A stretch of DNA of 40,901 bases, from positions 1-40,901 of IMG/VR virus record IMGVR_UViG_3300020202_000047. One strand, given 5' to 3'. This document shows positions 39,841-40,901 of the stretch, piece after piece. Under the pieces are notes generated by a model, which saw nothing but the letters and a program-made list of their open reading frames with translations, searched no databases and was not told the origin of the DNA. Source of the DNA: a virus. How positions within the stretch are numbered: the stretch's first letter is position 1; each line of letters starts with the position of its first letter. The translations under genes and the position numbers were made by a program.

Positions 39841-40901
39841 TGCAGCTCGGAATCTTCGATGCACCGGCGCGCCCCGCGGGCCTTCACCCCCCTGAGGCAC
39901 CCGCGGGGCCGCCGGCCATCGTTCTGCGTCCGTATCAGCAGTCAGCGATCGACAACGTCCTCGCCCAGTTCGCGGCCGGCACGCGCTCGACGCTGGTGGT
40001 GATGGCGACGGGCACCGGGAAGACGACGGTCTTCTCGGGCATCGTCGAGCGTTCAGCGGGTCCGGCGCTCGTCCTCGCTCACCGGGACGAGCTCATCCGC
40101 CAGGCAGCAAGCCGCATCCACACCCAGACCGGGAAGCTCGTCAGCGTCGAGAAGGCCGAGGAGTACGCAGCACGGGGGGCCGACGTGGTCGTTGCCTCCG
40201 TCCAGTCCCTCCGCCCCGAACGCCTGTCCTCGCTCAAGCATCGCTTCGGCGAGTTCCCTCTCATCGTCGTCGACGAGGCTCACCACGCCATCGCGAAGAG
40301 CTACCGGGACATTCTCGACGCCTTCCCCGAGGCCCACGTCCTCGGCGTCACCGCGACCCCCGACAGAGCCGACGAGCAGGCGATGGGGCAGGTGTTCGAC
40401 GAGATCGGGTTCGTCTACGAGATCGGGGACGCCATCGCCGACGGGTATCTCTGCCCCATCCGCGCGACGCAGGTCTTCTGCGATGACCTCGACGTCTCGG
40501 ACGTCAAGACCGTCGCCGGGGACCTCAACCAAGGCGAGCTCGACGCCATCATGTCCACCGAGGCGGTCTTGCACCAAGTCGCCCGGCCGACCATGGAACT
40601 GGCCGGTGGTCGGCGCACCATCGTCTTCACGACGTCGGTCGAGAACGCGCATCGGCTGGCCGAGGTGTTCAACCGCTACAGGCCCGGGTGTGCTGGGGCT
40701 GTCGACGGGTCGATGGACTCGCTCGCCCGCAAGCGCGTGCTCAACGACCATCGAGCTGGCCGCATCCAGTTCCTCTGCAACGTCGCCGTACTCACCGAGG
40801 GGTATGACGATCCACTCGTTGCCTGCGTGGCGATGGCGCGACCGACGAAGTCGCGAGCCCTCTACGCGCAGATGGCGGGCCGCGGTACGCGCATCGCCCC
40901 A
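39840..40901 (+). CDS. SF2 (DEAH-type) DNA helicase, N-terminal part. It runs off the window end and continues at 128..748 on the circle.
   Basis: Translated by hand from ATG 39840. Motif I MATGTGKT, motif II VVDEAHH, motif III GVTATP. There is no stop before the window end. It is absent from the ORF track, presumably because it is open-ended. Confidence 0.9.
   Translation, partial: MQLGIFDAPARPAGLHPPEAPAGPPAIVLRPYQQSAIDNVLAQFAAGTRSTLVVMATGTGKTTVFSGIVERSAGPALVLAHRDELIRQAASRIHTQTGKLVSVEKAEEYAARGADVVVASVQSLRPERLSSLKHRFGEFPLIVVDEAHHAIAKSYRDILDAFPEAHVLGVTATPDRADEQAMGQVFDEIGFVYEIGDAIADGYLCPIRATQVFCDDLDVSDVKTVAGDLNQGELDAIMSTEAVLHQVARPTMELAGGRRTIVFTTSVENAHRLAEVFNRYRPGCAGAVDGSMDSLARKRVLNDHRAGRIQFLCNVAVLTEGYDDPLVACVAMARPTKSRALYAQMAGRGTRIAP
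40775..40901. repeat. 127-bp terminal direct repeat, identical to 1..127.
   Basis: Exact match read directly. Confidence 0.95.

Noticed and set aside
1-40901. CRISPR arrays, tRNA or rRNA genes, transposases or IS elements, reverse transcriptase (retron or DGR), and toxin-antitoxin pairs.
   Set aside because: No spaced direct-repeat array, T-loop or anticodon-arm structure, DDE or RT motifs, or recognisable TA modules were seen on either strand.

Overview
The window is one complete, circularly closed, high-GC tailed-phage genome. The first 127 bp are identical to the last 127 bp, so the unique length is 40,774 bp. An SF2 helicase gene runs across this junction. Gene packing is dense, with many ATGA/GTGA start-stop overlaps, and all but two genes are on the + strand. 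Following the circle, the module order is: (1) 30.4-36.6 kb, an early operon driven by a sigma70-like promoter with a palindromic operator. It encodes an ERF annealase, a Cas4/RecB-like exonuclease, a Zn-binding nuclease-like protein, an ASCH-like protein and Cys-rich paralogues. (2) 36.7-38.1 kb, a small ORF and a tyrosine integrase. (3) 38.4 kb across the junction to 3.3 kb, a ParB-like protein, the SF2 helicase, a stand-alone DnaA domain-IV protein, a CCHC zinc-knuckle protein, a CHC2 primase-type zinc-finger protein and a C5 cytosine methyltransferase. (4) 3.3-3.6 kb, about 350 bp of apparently non-coding, hairpin-rich sequence. (5) 3.6-6.2 kb, small genes including an HTH/RHH DNA-binding protein and a GNAT-like protein. 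(6) 6.25-22.8 kb, large terminase, portal, scaffold, major capsid and large virion or tail proteins, one of which carries a C-terminal S74 intramolecular-chaperone domain. (7) 22.8-24.0 kb, the only two minus-strand genes, one of them a lipoprotein. (8) 24.05-27.1 kb, fibre-like proteins and an alpha/beta-hydrolase. (9) 27.1-28.7 kb, a lysis cassette with a CHAP-type endolysin. (10) 28.7-30.4 kb, a VRR-NUC-like nuclease and small genes. I found no tRNA, rRNA, CRISPR array, transposase or reverse transcriptase. The observations most worth follow-up are: a 27-bp near-palindrome present three times, once inside the ParB-like gene; a methyltransferase gene whose canonical motifs are split between two reading frames; the stand-alone DnaA domain IV; a start-proximal GGGGCC hairpin motif family; the reverse-strand lipoprotein cassette next to the fibre genes; and the unexplained 350-bp non-coding region. 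All functional calls come from motifs recognised by eye, and no database search was run.
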